Source: Candidatus Multivoradales bacterium (GTDB lineage: Bacteria; Acidobacteriota; Thermoanaerobaculia; Multivoradales; Multivoraceae). Taken from it: a DNA stretch of 64,000 nucleotides. The position numbers and the translations under genes were made by a program. The stretch lies in the NCBI GenBank assembly GCA_965223325.1, contig CBDCWI010000002.1, positions 1,696,001-1,760,000 on the forward strand. The letters are read 5' to 3'. Below are positions 1-9,417 of this stretch, one piece after another. Position 1 is the first letter of the stretch; every line of letters starts with the position of its first letter. The notes beneath the pieces were generated by a model. It searched no databases. It saw nothing but the letters and a program-made list of their open reading frames with translations, and was not told where the DNA came from.

Positions 1-1248
1 TCCCTCGAGACCACCATCCTCCGCCGCCAATCGACGCAGCTCCTGCATCGTGGGCATCTGGTCCATGTAGCTGATGTGCTGGGCGTAGGGCAGACGAGGC
101 ATGGCGTTCAGGAGGTACTTGTAGCGCCGGCTTCGAACGGCACGAATCAGATCGTAGGTCTCATCCATGCGATCGCGAGCAGCGAAGACGAACTCCGGCT
201 CGGGTTCGGTTTCCGGCCCCAGAAAGACGCGGCCCGGCAGCCCCGGCGGACGCTTCGCGCCGGCGAGCGCCAGCATCGTGGGGGCGAAGTCGACGAAGCT
301 CACCAGCTCTCCGCTCACGGTCCCGGCTTCGATGACCCCCGGCCAGCGAACGAGAAGCGGAACCCGAATGCCCGAGTCCCACAACCAGCGCTTGGCGCGC
401 GGCAGACCGCGACCATGGTCGGCGAAGAAAAGCACCACGGTGTTCTGGGCCAAGCCGTCTTCTTCGAGCTCCGCCAGGATGCGCCCGACCTCGAGATCTG
501 CCGCCGTCACCAGTTCGTAGTAGCGCGCCAGATCGGCTCGCACCACTCGAGTGTCGGGATAGTACGGCGGCACGATGACCGCTTCCGGATCCTGGCGGTC
601 CGCCGGCGTGAGCTGGGCGGTGGCCGTCTGAAAGGCGTTTTCGGGTAGGCGGATGCGACTCTCGTGCGTCACGAAGACGTCGAAGACGGCGAAGAACGGC
701 TGCTTCGCGTCCGGACGGTTGCGCCAGTGCGCCTCGCGGCCACTCTCGTCCCACACCCCGAGGGGTGGCCGACTCACGCTCCGTCGCACATCTTCGCCCT
801 CCGGTTGCCCAGCGAGGCGCGAGGTGACTTCGAACGGCGCCAGGTTGTAGTCGATCTTGGCGTTGTTGCTGGTGTAGTACCCAGCACGCCGCAGCGCCAT
901 CGGGAAGGCCTTGACCGAGGGCGGCGGCACGCCCCAGGAGCGCATGTGATGAGTCCCGATCGTGGTCGGGAACTGCCCGGTCACCAGGGCCGAACGGCTG
1001 GGGGCGCACACTCCCGCGATCGAGAATGCGCGGTCGAAGCGCTGCCCCTCGGCCGCCAGGCGATCGAGGTGGGGTGTGCGCGCAACCGGGTCACCGTAGG
1101 CACCGAGATCCGGACTCATGTCGTCGGCCACGATCCAGACGATGTTGGGGCTCGGCGCGAGCTCGTCGGCGGCCTGACCGGGTTGCGACCACGCCAGTGA
1201 AACCAGAGAGAGCGCCACGAGACGGGCGCAGAGGTTCGCCCTCTTCAT
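1..1248 (-). CDS. Sulfatase, secreted; 3' end runs off the window
   Basis: Manual translation from ATG at 1248: signal peptide, PNIVWIVADD, TPHLDRLAAEG, CAPSR formylglycine motif. Start overlaps the upstream stop (ATGA). Absent from the ORF track. Confidence 0.9.
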   Translation of the reverse strand, partial: MKRANLCARLVALSLVSLAWSQPGQAADELAPSPNIVWIVADDMSPDLGAYGDPVARTPHLDRLAAEGQRFDRAFSIAGVCAPSRSALVTGQFPTTIGTHHMRSWGVPPPSVKAFPMALRRAGYYTSNNAKIDYNLAPFEVTSRLAGQPEGEDVRRSVSRPPLGVWDESGREAHWRNRPDAKQPFFAVFDVFVTHESRIRLPENAFQTATAQLTPADRQDPEAVIVPPYYPDTRVVRADLARYYELVTAADLEVGRILAELEEDGLAQNTVVLFFADHGRGLPRAKRWLWDSGIRVPLLVRWPGVIEAGTVSGELVSFVDFAPTMLALAGAKRPPGLPGRVFLGPETEPEPEFVFAARDRMDETYDLIRAVRSRRYKYLLNAMPRLPYAQHISYMDQMPTMQELRRLAAEDGGLEG

Positions 1249-2294
1249 AGGCGATGCTCGATTCCGCGCTCCTCGCACAAACCGCGCAGGTAGTCGATGA
1301 CTCCGTCGTGCAGAGGAATGCCGTGGGCCGAACGCTCAGCCCGATCGGCCGCCTCCTTGACGCCGGCGTAGATCACCGGTTCGCCCTCAGAACGCGCCGG
1401 CGTTTCGCGAAGCCGCCGTAGGTACGAGTCCATCTCCGCCTTGACTTCTTCCGCCGGGCGGAAGGCGTCGATCCGCATGGCGCCAAAGAAGTGGCCGACC
1501 GAACTGCCGAGGTCGTCATCAATTCCGGCGCCGGCACCCGACAAGAGCCCGCTCAAGATGTCGACGACCATGGCCAGCGAATAGCCCTTGTGACTACCGA
1601 GCTCATAGGTCCCGCCCAGTGGCAGCAGGTTGAAGGCTTCGAACGCCGCCTTGGCGTCGGTGGTGATCTCGCCTTCACTATCGGCCGCCCAACCGGGTGG
1701 AATCGGCCTCCCGGCGCGCATCGCCAGCATGATCTTGCCGAGCGGCACGGCGCTGGTCGCCATGTCGAGCAGAAACGGCGGCTCCTGAGCAGTCGGGACC
1801 GCAACCGCGATCGGGTTCGTACCGACCGCGGCGCGCTTGCCGTGGGTTGGCGCCACCAGCTTGTCGGAGTTGGTCAGCGACAGCCCGATCATGTCGTGCT
1901 CGACGGCCATTCTCGAGTAGTGCCCTGCAGCCCCGTAGTGACGGGAATTGCGCACCGCGACCGCAGCGAGACCGGTTTCACGGGCTTTCTCGATCGCCAG
2001 CTGCATGGCGCGCGTGCCGATCACATGCCCCATCCCACCACCGCCATCGATCAGCGCCGTCGCGTTGGTCTCATGCACGACCTCGATTCTCGGGTTGGCC
2101 TCGATGGTGCCCTTCTCGAGCCCCGGTGCGTAGATCAGCTGGATGTAGTTCGATACGCCATGAGAAGACACCCCCATGAGGTCAGCCTCGACGAGCGCGT
2201 CGGCAACGAAGCCCGCGTCCTCGGGCGGCAGAGCGAACGACTCGAAAAGTGCCTTCACTGTCGCTCGTAGATCTTCCGGCGCTACCCTTTGCAT
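1245..2294 (-). CDS. Ldh_2 family (malate/L-lactate/sulfolactate) dehydrogenase
   Basis: ADLMGVSSHG, RNSRHYGAAG, GTNPIA, LDMATS and HKGYSL motifs. Confidence 0.9.
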   Translation of the reverse strand: MQRVAPEDLRATVKALFESFALPPEDAGFVADALVEADLMGVSSHGVSNYIQLIYAPGLEKGTIEANPRIEVVHETNATALIDGGGGMGHVIGTRAMQLAIEKARETGLAAVAVRNSRHYGAAGHYSRMAVEHDMIGLSLTNSDKLVAPTHGKRAAVGTNPIAVAVPTAQEPPFLLDMATSAVPLGKIMLAMRAGRPIPPGWAADSEGEITTDAKAAFEAFNLLPLGGTYELGSHKGYSLAMVVDILSGLLSGAGAGIDDDLGSSVGHFFGAMRIDAFRPAEEVKAEMDSYLRRLRETPARSEGEPVIYAGVKEAADRAERSAHGIPLHDGVIDYLRGLCEERGIEHRL

Positions 2295-2466
2295 GGTCCC
2301 TGGGGGCTCCTTCCCGATTCTTTTTCACGCCCGGCCTCTCCTCTGATGAAACATCACAGGCTCCAGTGCTAGAAACTTGACCCGAAGCTGGTTGGATGCG
2401 GCGTATCATAGCTGCCGTTGCGCACCATCAGGTTTCAGACCGAGAGGTCAATGCTGGGAGTTCTGC

Positions 2467-3894
2467 ATGAGTATTGAGATCGCCTCCGGGCCAGGATCAG
2501 CCGAAAGACCACTTCGTGTCGCGATCGTTGGCTCGGGCCCGTCGGGCTTCTACGCCGCCGCCGCGCTCTTCAAAGCCGAAGGGTTATGCGTCGAGGTCGA
2601 CATGTTTGATCGCCTGCCCACCCCCTTCGGTCTGGTACGCGGAGGGGTTGCGCCCGACCACCAGAAGATCAAGAACGTCATTCGGGTCTACAACAAGACC
2701 GCGTCACATGAAAGCTTTCGTTTCCTCGGCAACGTGCACATTGGGCGAGACATCAAAGTGGCCGTTCTCAGCCGTCACTACGACCAGGTGGTCTGGGCGA
2801 TCGGCAATGAATCCGATCGACGGATGAACCTGCCTGGCGAAGATCTGCCTGGGGTTCACTCGGCAACCGAATTCGTCGGCTGGTACAACGGCCATCCTGA
2901 CTTTCAGCACCTCGACTTCGATCTGGCAGCCGCACACTCCGTGGCGGTGGTAGGCAACGGCAACGTGTCCATGGACGTAGCGCGGATTCTCGCGCAACCA
3001 GCCGAAGAGCTCGCCCCAACCGATATCACCGAACGCGCCCTCGAGGCTCTCCGGAAGAGCTCGGTCGAAGACATCTACATCCTCGGTCGGCGCGGACCGG
3101 CCCAGGCTGCTTTCTCGCCGAAAGAGATCAAGGAAGTCGGCAGTCTCGAAGACTGCTCGCTCCTGGTCGACAAGAACGACGCCACCCTCGATGAGCTCTC
3201 GAGCTCCTGGCTCGAGGAACACGCTCCCAACTCGGCGAAGAAGAACGTCGCCTACCTCCAAGAAATCGCCGGCACCGGCACGAAAGATGCCAAGCGGCGC
3301 GTTCACTGCCGCTTCCTGGTGTCACCGGTCGAGTTTCTAGGCGACGGGCGGCTCGAGAAGGTGCGCATCGAACACAACGAGCTCCACCCTGACGACCGCG
3401 GCACACCGCGACCGCGAGGCACCGGGCAGAGCGAAGAGCTGGCCGTCGACCTGGTGTTCAAAGCGGTCGGCTACCGTGGGGTGCCGCTCGAGGGCCTGCC
3501 CTTTCGAGAAGACTGGGGCATCGTGCCGAACGAAGCCGGGCGGGTCCAGACCAGCGCCGACGGCGACGTTCTACCGAGTCACTACGTCGTCGGCTGGGCG
3601 AAACGTGGCCCAAGTGGTCTGATCGGCACCAACGGGCCTGACTCACAAGCCACCGTCGAAGTGATGATCGAGGACCTTTTGGCCGGCAAGCTGGTGGAAG
3701 CCGAGGCCCCGGACCGCGACGCGATTCTGGCTGCCCTCGAAGCGGCGAACGTCGACCCGGTGAGCTTCGCTGACTGGCAACGTCTCGATGCCGACGAGGT
3801 CGAACGCGGCGAGAAGGTCGGCAAGGTGCGCGAGAAGTACACCGATGTCGAAGCGATGATGAACTCCGTCCGTCGGCTGCGCTCCCCTGCCTGA
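2467..3894 (+). CDS. Ferredoxin--NADP+ reductase, FprA/adrenodoxin reductase-like
   Basis: GSGPSG FAD motif, PFGLVRGGVAPDH, VGNGNV, GWAKRGPSGLIGTN. Confidence 0.9.
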   Translation: MSIEIASGPGSAERPLRVAIVGSGPSGFYAAAALFKAEGLCVEVDMFDRLPTPFGLVRGGVAPDHQKIKNVIRVYNKTASHESFRFLGNVHIGRDIKVAVLSRHYDQVVWAIGNESDRRMNLPGEDLPGVHSATEFVGWYNGHPDFQHLDFDLAAAHSVAVVGNGNVSMDVARILAQPAEELAPTDITERALEALRKSSVEDIYILGRRGPAQAAFSPKEIKEVGSLEDCSLLVDKNDATLDELSSSWLEEHAPNSAKKNVAYLQEIAGTGTKDAKRRVHCRFLVSPVEFLGDGRLEKVRIEHNELHPDDRGTPRPRGTGQSEELAVDLVFKAVGYRGVPLEGLPFREDWGIVPNEAGRVQTSADGDVLPSHYVVGWAKRGPSGLIGTNGPDSQATVEVMIEDLLAGKLVEAEAPDRDAILAALEAANVDPVSFADWQRLDADEVERGEKVGKVREKYTDVEAMMNSVRRLRSPA

Positions 3895-3982
3895 GGAGAC
3901 CGCTTCGCCCGTCGAGCCCCCGTACCAGCGACGCCCTCACGACCGGGAGTCCAGGACGACCGGCGGGCCGCGATGGCTCGCT

Positions 3983-5386
3983 GTGCTCGTGGCCCTCTAT
4001 GTCGCGGTCGGAGTGCTGGCCCTTTCGTGGGTCGCCTGGTTGCTGAAAGGCGACGTCTTCGGACATTACGCAGTCGCCGGACCCCTCTCCGACCGCACCA
4101 TCACCTTCCTGGCGGTGCTGATCGCCTGGCTGCTGGCAGGTTGGGTTCTCTTGCTGGTGCAGCAAGGCCGGATCCGGACCGGCAACGCTCTCTTCTGGTG
4201 TTGTTTCTTCGCCACCGCGTTTCTCTTTCTCAACGTTGTCCGCGAGCGCCCCGAGCCGGGAGATGCGAGAGACTACGCCGCGGCCGCCATCGAGGTCCAT
4301 CGCGGGGAACCGGTGCACGATCGCTACCTCTACCCACCCCTTCTGGCGGTCGCCCTCTCGCCGCTCGCCCCCCTGGGGACCGGCGTCATCACGACTGTCC
4401 TCTTGGCCGGCAACTACGCGGCGCTTCTTCTGTTCTTCGTGCTACTCGCCCGAACGCTCGAACGGTACGGTTTCGAGAACCGCACCGCCGTCCTCGTCAC
4501 CTTCGCGATGTTCGTCGGCAATGCGCCGCTTCTGCGCAACCTGGTCTACCTGCAGGTCAATCTGCACGTTGCCAACCTGATCCTCGGCTGTCTGCTGCTC
4601 TTCGGCGAGGCGCACAAAGGCACGACCCGATTGAGAATCGCAGGATCAGCCTTCTGCCTCGCGCTCGCGACCCACCTCAAGGTCGTGCCGCTGGTTCTGT
4701 TGCTGCCCTTTATCGTCACCCGTCGCGTGCGCTGGCTGGTGGCCTACTTGGCGTCGCTAGCAGGCATTGTGCTCGCAACCGTAGTCGCTGGCGGCGGACC
4801 GTACTACCAGCAGTTCCTGCAGCGCGCCTCGGGTTGGCGCAATGCCAACCTCGGCCTCCAGTTTCGCAACAACTCCTGGGACTCGCTGGTCCAGTCGTTC
4901 CTGTGGGCCGGCGATCGCCAGATCAGTGCCAGCGAGGCGCGCTGGGGACAGGCCATCGTGGCCATCCTGGTGATTGCCACCATCACCGGGCTTTCAACCC
5001 TCACCGCCATCCACATCAAGAACCGCACCTTCTCACCCGATGGCGGCGAAACCGGCGACCGCCCGAGCCCAACCGCCAGGGTGATGGACGGCATCATTGC
5101 CAGCCTCTTCTTGATGGTCCTCGTCTCGCCGCTGGTCTGGAGTCACCACCTGGTAGTCCTCATGCTGCCCGCCGCGGTGCTGCTCTTGCGACTTCGAAAG
5201 CCAGCGCAGGCGGCCTCGTGGGCCACCGCCTACTTCATGGTCTTTCTGGTGCCGACCTTCGACTTCTTCCCGCTCTCGTTCGCCCGTCTCTTCGGGATTT
5301 GCCTGTTCATCGCTCTCTTGGTTGTTCTCCGCCACCGGCCGACAGAAGAACCGCCGCTCGAGCGCGCTCTTGCCCGGCTCTTTTGA
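3983..5386 (+). CDS. GT87/DUF2029-like polytopic membrane glycosyltransferase
   Basis: Many TM segments; D..DY, YLYPP, LKVVP and SPLVWSHH motifs. Confidence 0.7.
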   Translation: MLVALYVAVGVLALSWVAWLLKGDVFGHYAVAGPLSDRTITFLAVLIAWLLAGWVLLLVQQGRIRTGNALFWCCFFATAFLFLNVVRERPEPGDARDYAAAAIEVHRGEPVHDRYLYPPLLAVALSPLAPLGTGVITTVLLAGNYAALLLFFVLLARTLERYGFENRTAVLVTFAMFVGNAPLLRNLVYLQVNLHVANLILGCLLLFGEAHKGTTRLRIAGSAFCLALATHLKVVPLVLLLPFIVTRRVRWLVAYLASLAGIVLATVVAGGGPYYQQFLQRASGWRNANLGLQFRNNSWDSLVQSFLWAGDRQISASEARWGQAIVAILVIATITGLSTLTAIHIKNRTFSPDGGETGDRPSPTARVMDGIIASLFLMVLVSPLVWSHHLVVLMLPAAVLLLRLRKPAQAASWATAYFMVFLVPTFDFFPLSFARLFGICLFIALLVVLRHRPTEEPPLERALARLF

Positions 5387-5416
5387 AGGGTTCCTCGGTG
5401 GCGCTTCTCGCGATGC

Positions 5417-7045
5417 TCACTCCTCGCCCATGTGGGGGTAGGAGATCCCGTAGGGAGGCGTGAAGTTCTCCTTGACCGCGCGCTGCGAAACCCAACGCTG
5501 CAGGTTCAACATCGAACCGGCCTTGTCGTTTGTGCCGGATGCGCGGCTGCCACCGAACGGTTGTTGACCGACGACGGCGCCGGTGGGCTTGTCGTTCATG
5601 TAGAAGTTCCCGGCCGCGTGACGGAGCGCCTTCGCCATCGACACCAGAGCCGCACGGTCCTGAGCGAAGATCGCTCCGGTGAGCGCGTAGTCGCTCGTCG
5701 TGTCGCAGAGCGTGAGCGTTTCGTCGAGCTTTCTGTCGTCGTAGACGAAGACCGTCAACAGCGGCCCGAAGAGCTCTTCCTTCATCAACTCCGCGCGCGG
5801 GTCGTTGCTTACCACGACGGTGGGTTCGATGAAATAGCCGACCGACTTGTCGTAGCCGCCACCGGCAACGACCTCGTAGTCGCCGCTCTTGGCGGTCTCG
5901 ATCGCACCTCTGAGCTTCTCGAAGGAACGTTCGTCGATGACGGCACACATGAAGTTTCGAAAGTCGGTTGGCGATCCCATGGGGGCTTCGTCGAGGTGCC
6001 CGCGCATCATCTCGAGCACCGAGGGCCACAGCGACTTCGGAACGTAGGCGCGCGAGGCGGCGGAGCACTTCTGGCCCTGGTACTCGAAGGCACCGCGAAC
6101 GAGCGCCACCGAAAGGGCTCGGGCGTCGGCACTCGGGTGTGCGAAGACGAAGTCCTTGCCGCCGGTCTCACCGACAATGCGTGGATAGCTACGGTAGGAC
6201 GCGATGTTGTTGCCGATCGTGCCCCACATGCTCTGGAACACCGGCGTCGAGCCGGTGAAGTGAATGCCCGCCAGATCGCCGTTGGCAAGCGCAGGGTCCC
6301 CCACCTGAGCACCGCGACCGGGCAAGAAGTTGATCACCCCCGGCGGCAACCCGGCCTCCTCGAGCAGCTTCATGATCCAGTAGCCAGACAAGAGCGACGT
6401 CGAGGCGGGCTTCCAGAGAACCGAGTTGCCCATCAGCGCGGGCGACGTTGGCAGGTTGCCGGCAATCGAGGTGAAGTTGAACGGCGTCACGGCAAAGACG
6501 AAGCCCTCGAGCGGTCGGTACTCGACGTAGTTCCATATGCCCGGTGCCGAGCGCGGCTGCTGCTGGTACATCTGTTCGGCGTACCAGGGGTTGAACCGCC
6601 AGAAGTCGATCAGCTCACACGCCGAGTCGATCTCGGCCTGGAAGGCCGTCTTCGACTGGTTGAGCATGGTGGCGGCGTTCAGGCGAGCACGCCATGGGCC
6701 AGCCAACAAGTCAGCCGCTTTCAAGAACACCGCAGCGCGCGCCTCGAAGGCCATCTCGGACCACTCGGCCCACGCCTTGCCGGCAGCCGCTGCGGCGAGC
6801 TCGACCTCTTTCGCGCCCACTTGGTGGCCTTTCGCCAGGACGTGGCCGTGATCGTGTGGACACACGACATCGACCACATCGCCGGTGCGCACTTCTTCGC
6901 CACCGATGATGGCAGGGATCTCGATCTCGTTCCCGACCATCGAAGCGAGCGCGCTCTTGAGTTCGTCTTTCTCGCTCGATCCAGGTGCGTAGGAGAGAAT
7001 CGGCTCGTTGATCGGGTGCGGAATTGGGAAGGAACCGTTGGACAT
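5417..7045 (-). CDS. pruA: L-glutamate gamma-semialdehyde (P5C) dehydrogenase
   Basis: NEPILSYAPGS, EIDSACELIDF, GETGGKDF, FEYQGQKCSA; start taken at MSNGSF. Confidence 0.93.
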   Translation of the reverse strand: MSNGSFPIPHPINEPILSYAPGSSEKDELKSALASMVGNEIEIPAIIGGEEVRTGDVVDVVCPHDHGHVLAKGHQVGAKEVELAAAAAGKAWAEWSEMAFEARAAVFLKAADLLAGPWRARLNAATMLNQSKTAFQAEIDSACELIDFWRFNPWYAEQMYQQQPRSAPGIWNYVEYRPLEGFVFAVTPFNFTSIAGNLPTSPALMGNSVLWKPASTSLLSGYWIMKLLEEAGLPPGVINFLPGRGAQVGDPALANGDLAGIHFTGSTPVFQSMWGTIGNNIASYRSYPRIVGETGGKDFVFAHPSADARALSVALVRGAFEYQGQKCSAASRAYVPKSLWPSVLEMMRGHLDEAPMGSPTDFRNFMCAVIDERSFEKLRGAIETAKSGDYEVVAGGGYDKSVGYFIEPTVVVSNDPRAELMKEELFGPLLTVFVYDDRKLDETLTLCDTTSDYALTGAIFAQDRAALVSMAKALRHAAGNFYMNDKPTGAVVGQQPFGGSRASGTNDKAGSMLNLQRWVSQRAVKENFTPPYGISYPHMGEE

Positions 7046-7557
7046 GAGAAACAGTCTCCGGTAGGTCGCGCGTGGGGCGACAGGAAGGCGCGCCTGGCGT
7101 TGCTCGGTGAGCACCGGGGATAGGCCTCGGTTGAACCTGTTCGAGACGGCGCGAGGATCTTCCTGCATCGTACGAGACGAGGCTTCGACCAGCAACCACC
7201 CGGTCGCCTCGACCAGGCGTCTATGGCAATGCGGCCGGTGACACTCGCAGCGCTCTTCGGAAAGCAGTCTGAAGCCACGCTCAGACCGTGCTCCGAGGAC
7301 TTCCAGGATGTCGACAGCCCTCCTTCTCAAGAACCCCGGCCAGCCCCGCACGGCCCGATGGGCCCACGGCGCTCTGCTCGCCACGGAGTTGCGCCCGATC
7401 TGGCGCCGGAGGTAGCGATGAGCATCAGCGACCCGTTCGGACCTCCACCCGCCAACTTCGACGGCGATGGGGGCGGCGCAACCACCGACTCTGACCTCGG
7501 GCTCGGCAGCAGCGATTTCAGCACGCCTGGAGAGACCCTCGGACTGTTCGGCGACAC

Positions 7558-7782
7558 CTACGCCACCAGCGCGCTCTCAGGCGTATCCGAATCCTGCTTG
7601 GTGAACGCTCGACCGAGCGACAATCGCGGACGCACCGCCGTGAAGTAGTCGGCCGACACGACCTCACCGTGCACAACCCTAAGGTCCCCGTCGATGCCCA
7701 GGGCAGAGGTCGCGAGGCGGTGGGCGGAGAACCCGTCCAGCTGATCGGACGCTTCCTGCGCAACGGTTTTCAAGATCGCCAT
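7558..7782 (-). pseudogene. Remnant of an ADOP/MacB-type ABC permease periplasmic domain
   Basis: GEVVSADYFTAVRPRLSLGRAFT..D..P..ALVA resembles ADOP permease motifs; it ends at TAG and has no TM segments. Confidence 0.45.
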
Positions 7783-7877
7783 GTGACAGCCGGCGCACGC
7801 CGTAGTCGCCGCTCTCGAAAACCCGCACCAATCATTCGGGCTCGGGCACCGGCATGGAGCGCCAAAGCGGTCTACGA

Positions 7878-8033
7878 CGACTATAGAAAAAGTTTCCATA
7901 GTCGCCTAAAAGTCATCCCGCTCAGCCACAAGGAACGTCCCGCCCCACAAGCAGAGGAGACGGCCCTGGGGCGGACAAAACTTCTAGACCACAATCCAGA
8001 AAAGTCACGTAAAATTTTGACCATAGTCTAGAA
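7878..8033. promoter_or_regulatory. AT-rich region with inverted repeats upstream of the AAA/DUF4143 gene
   Basis: CGACTATAGAAA-aag-TTTCCATAGTCG (7878-7904, 1 mismatch); TTCTAGAC (7982) ... GTCTAGAA (8026); CCATAGTC occurs twice. Confidence 0.45.
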
Positions 8034-8051
8034 TTTAGGTACGGTGAAGCC

Positions 8052-9182
8052 ATGATTCCCACCCGGCGCTACATTGAACGTGCGGTCCTGGGCGACCTCG
8101 AGGGTCGCATGGTTTTCGTGGCGGGGCCGCGACAGGTCGGCAAGACCACCTTCTCCCTCGCTCTTCAAGGGGAGACTTTGGGCTACCTCAACTGGGACAT
8201 CGCCGAGGACCGCGAGTCGATTCTCGAAGGCGTCTTTCCGCCATCAGAACTGTGGGTTCTTGATGAGATCCACAAGTACTCGCGCTGGCGGGACCTACTC
8301 AAGGGCCTGTGGGATGCGCGGGTTCGCCGGGAAGAAGCGGGCCGTCGAATCCTCGTCACCGGAAGTGCCCGCCTCGACTTCTATCGCTCCTCCGGCGATT
8401 CTCTACAAGGCCGCTACTTTCTCCATCGCCTTCACCCTTTTTCCGTCGGTGAACTCGGTCTCCAGACACCAACCGAGCTCGAGGACTTGCTACTTCTCGG
8501 CGGCTTTCCGGAGCCCTGGTTTGGAGGCAGCGAGCGGAAGGCCAGGCGGTGGTCCACCTCATATCGCGAACTCCTGATTCACGAGGAGGTGGGCGCCCTG
8601 GAAAATGTGCGCGATCTCGGCCAGCTCGAGCTGTTGATGCTGCGACTGCCGGCCCTCGTCGGGTCGACCCTCTCGATCAACGCACTCCACGAGGATCTCC
8701 AGGTCGCTCACAAGACCGTCGAGAGCTGGGTCCAGATCTTCGAGCGCCTCTACGCCATCCATCGGATCGGACCTCTGACGGGCCCGCGGATTCGAGCTCT
8801 GAAGAAGGCGCAGAAGCACTATCACTACGACTGGACCCTCGTGAAAGATGAGGGGCCGCGCTTCGAGAACCTGGTCGCCAACCACCTTCTGAAGTGGATA
8901 CACCATGAAACCGACAGCGAAGGACGTGATCTTGACCTTCGCTACTTCCGCGACAAGGACGGACGGGAGGTCGACTTCGTCGTTACGGAGAAAGACCAAC
9001 CGATCCAACTCATCGAGTGCAAGCTCGCTGACCGCCCAGCCGACAAGAATCTCAGGTACCTCTCTTCGAAGTACCCGAAGGCGGAAGCACTCCAGGTGGC
9101 AGCGCGAGGCCGGCGCGACGCAACAACGGCGGAGGGACTTCGGTTCCTGCCAGCGATCGAATGGCTGAAGCATCTCATCTGA
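8052..9182 (+). CDS. AAA_14 ATPase with DUF4143 PD-(D/E)XK-like C-terminus
   Basis: GPRQVGKTT Walker A, LDEIH Walker B, VTGS, GGFPE, FENLV, EVDFV...IECK. Confidence 0.88.
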   Translation: MIPTRRYIERAVLGDLEGRMVFVAGPRQVGKTTFSLALQGETLGYLNWDIAEDRESILEGVFPPSELWVLDEIHKYSRWRDLLKGLWDARVRREEAGRRILVTGSARLDFYRSSGDSLQGRYFLHRLHPFSVGELGLQTPTELEDLLLLGGFPEPWFGGSERKARRWSTSYRELLIHEEVGALENVRDLGQLELLMLRLPALVGSTLSINALHEDLQVAHKTVESWVQIFERLYAIHRIGPLTGPRIRALKKAQKHYHYDWTLVKDEGPRFENLVANHLLKWIHHETDSEGRDLDLRYFRDKDGREVDFVVTEKDQPIQLIECKLADRPADKNLRYLSSKYPKAEALQVAARGRRDATTAEGLRFLPAIEWLKHLI

Positions 9183-9417
9183 AGGGAACGCGCGGATGCG
9201 CAGCGCACGGTCGGGGCTAGGTTTGGCGACATTGTCAACGTCGGTCGAAAGTCTCCCATTAGTGGCAGTCAACGAATGCACACTCCCTGCCACGGGTGAC
9301 CGGTGGCTAGCGGCCAAGAGTCATCTACGAATCGGGCTACATTGGGGGGTCGGGCGAGGCGTAGCCCTGCGCCACGCCTTTCAGAACCTGCACCGGGGGC
9401 TCCTGGGGGCCGTCGAG

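Noticed and set aside
5417-7384. Long N-terminal extensions in the ORF track (pruA; also 28696, 32892, 52958, 54160)
   Set aside because: Family motifs or signal peptides begin at later starts, and most of the extensions overlap neighbouring genes.
7418-7648. Small Gly/Asp/Ser-rich plus-strand ORF with a plausible SD
   Set aside because: No recognisable family, and it overlaps the antisense permease remnant; cannot be supported, though not excluded.
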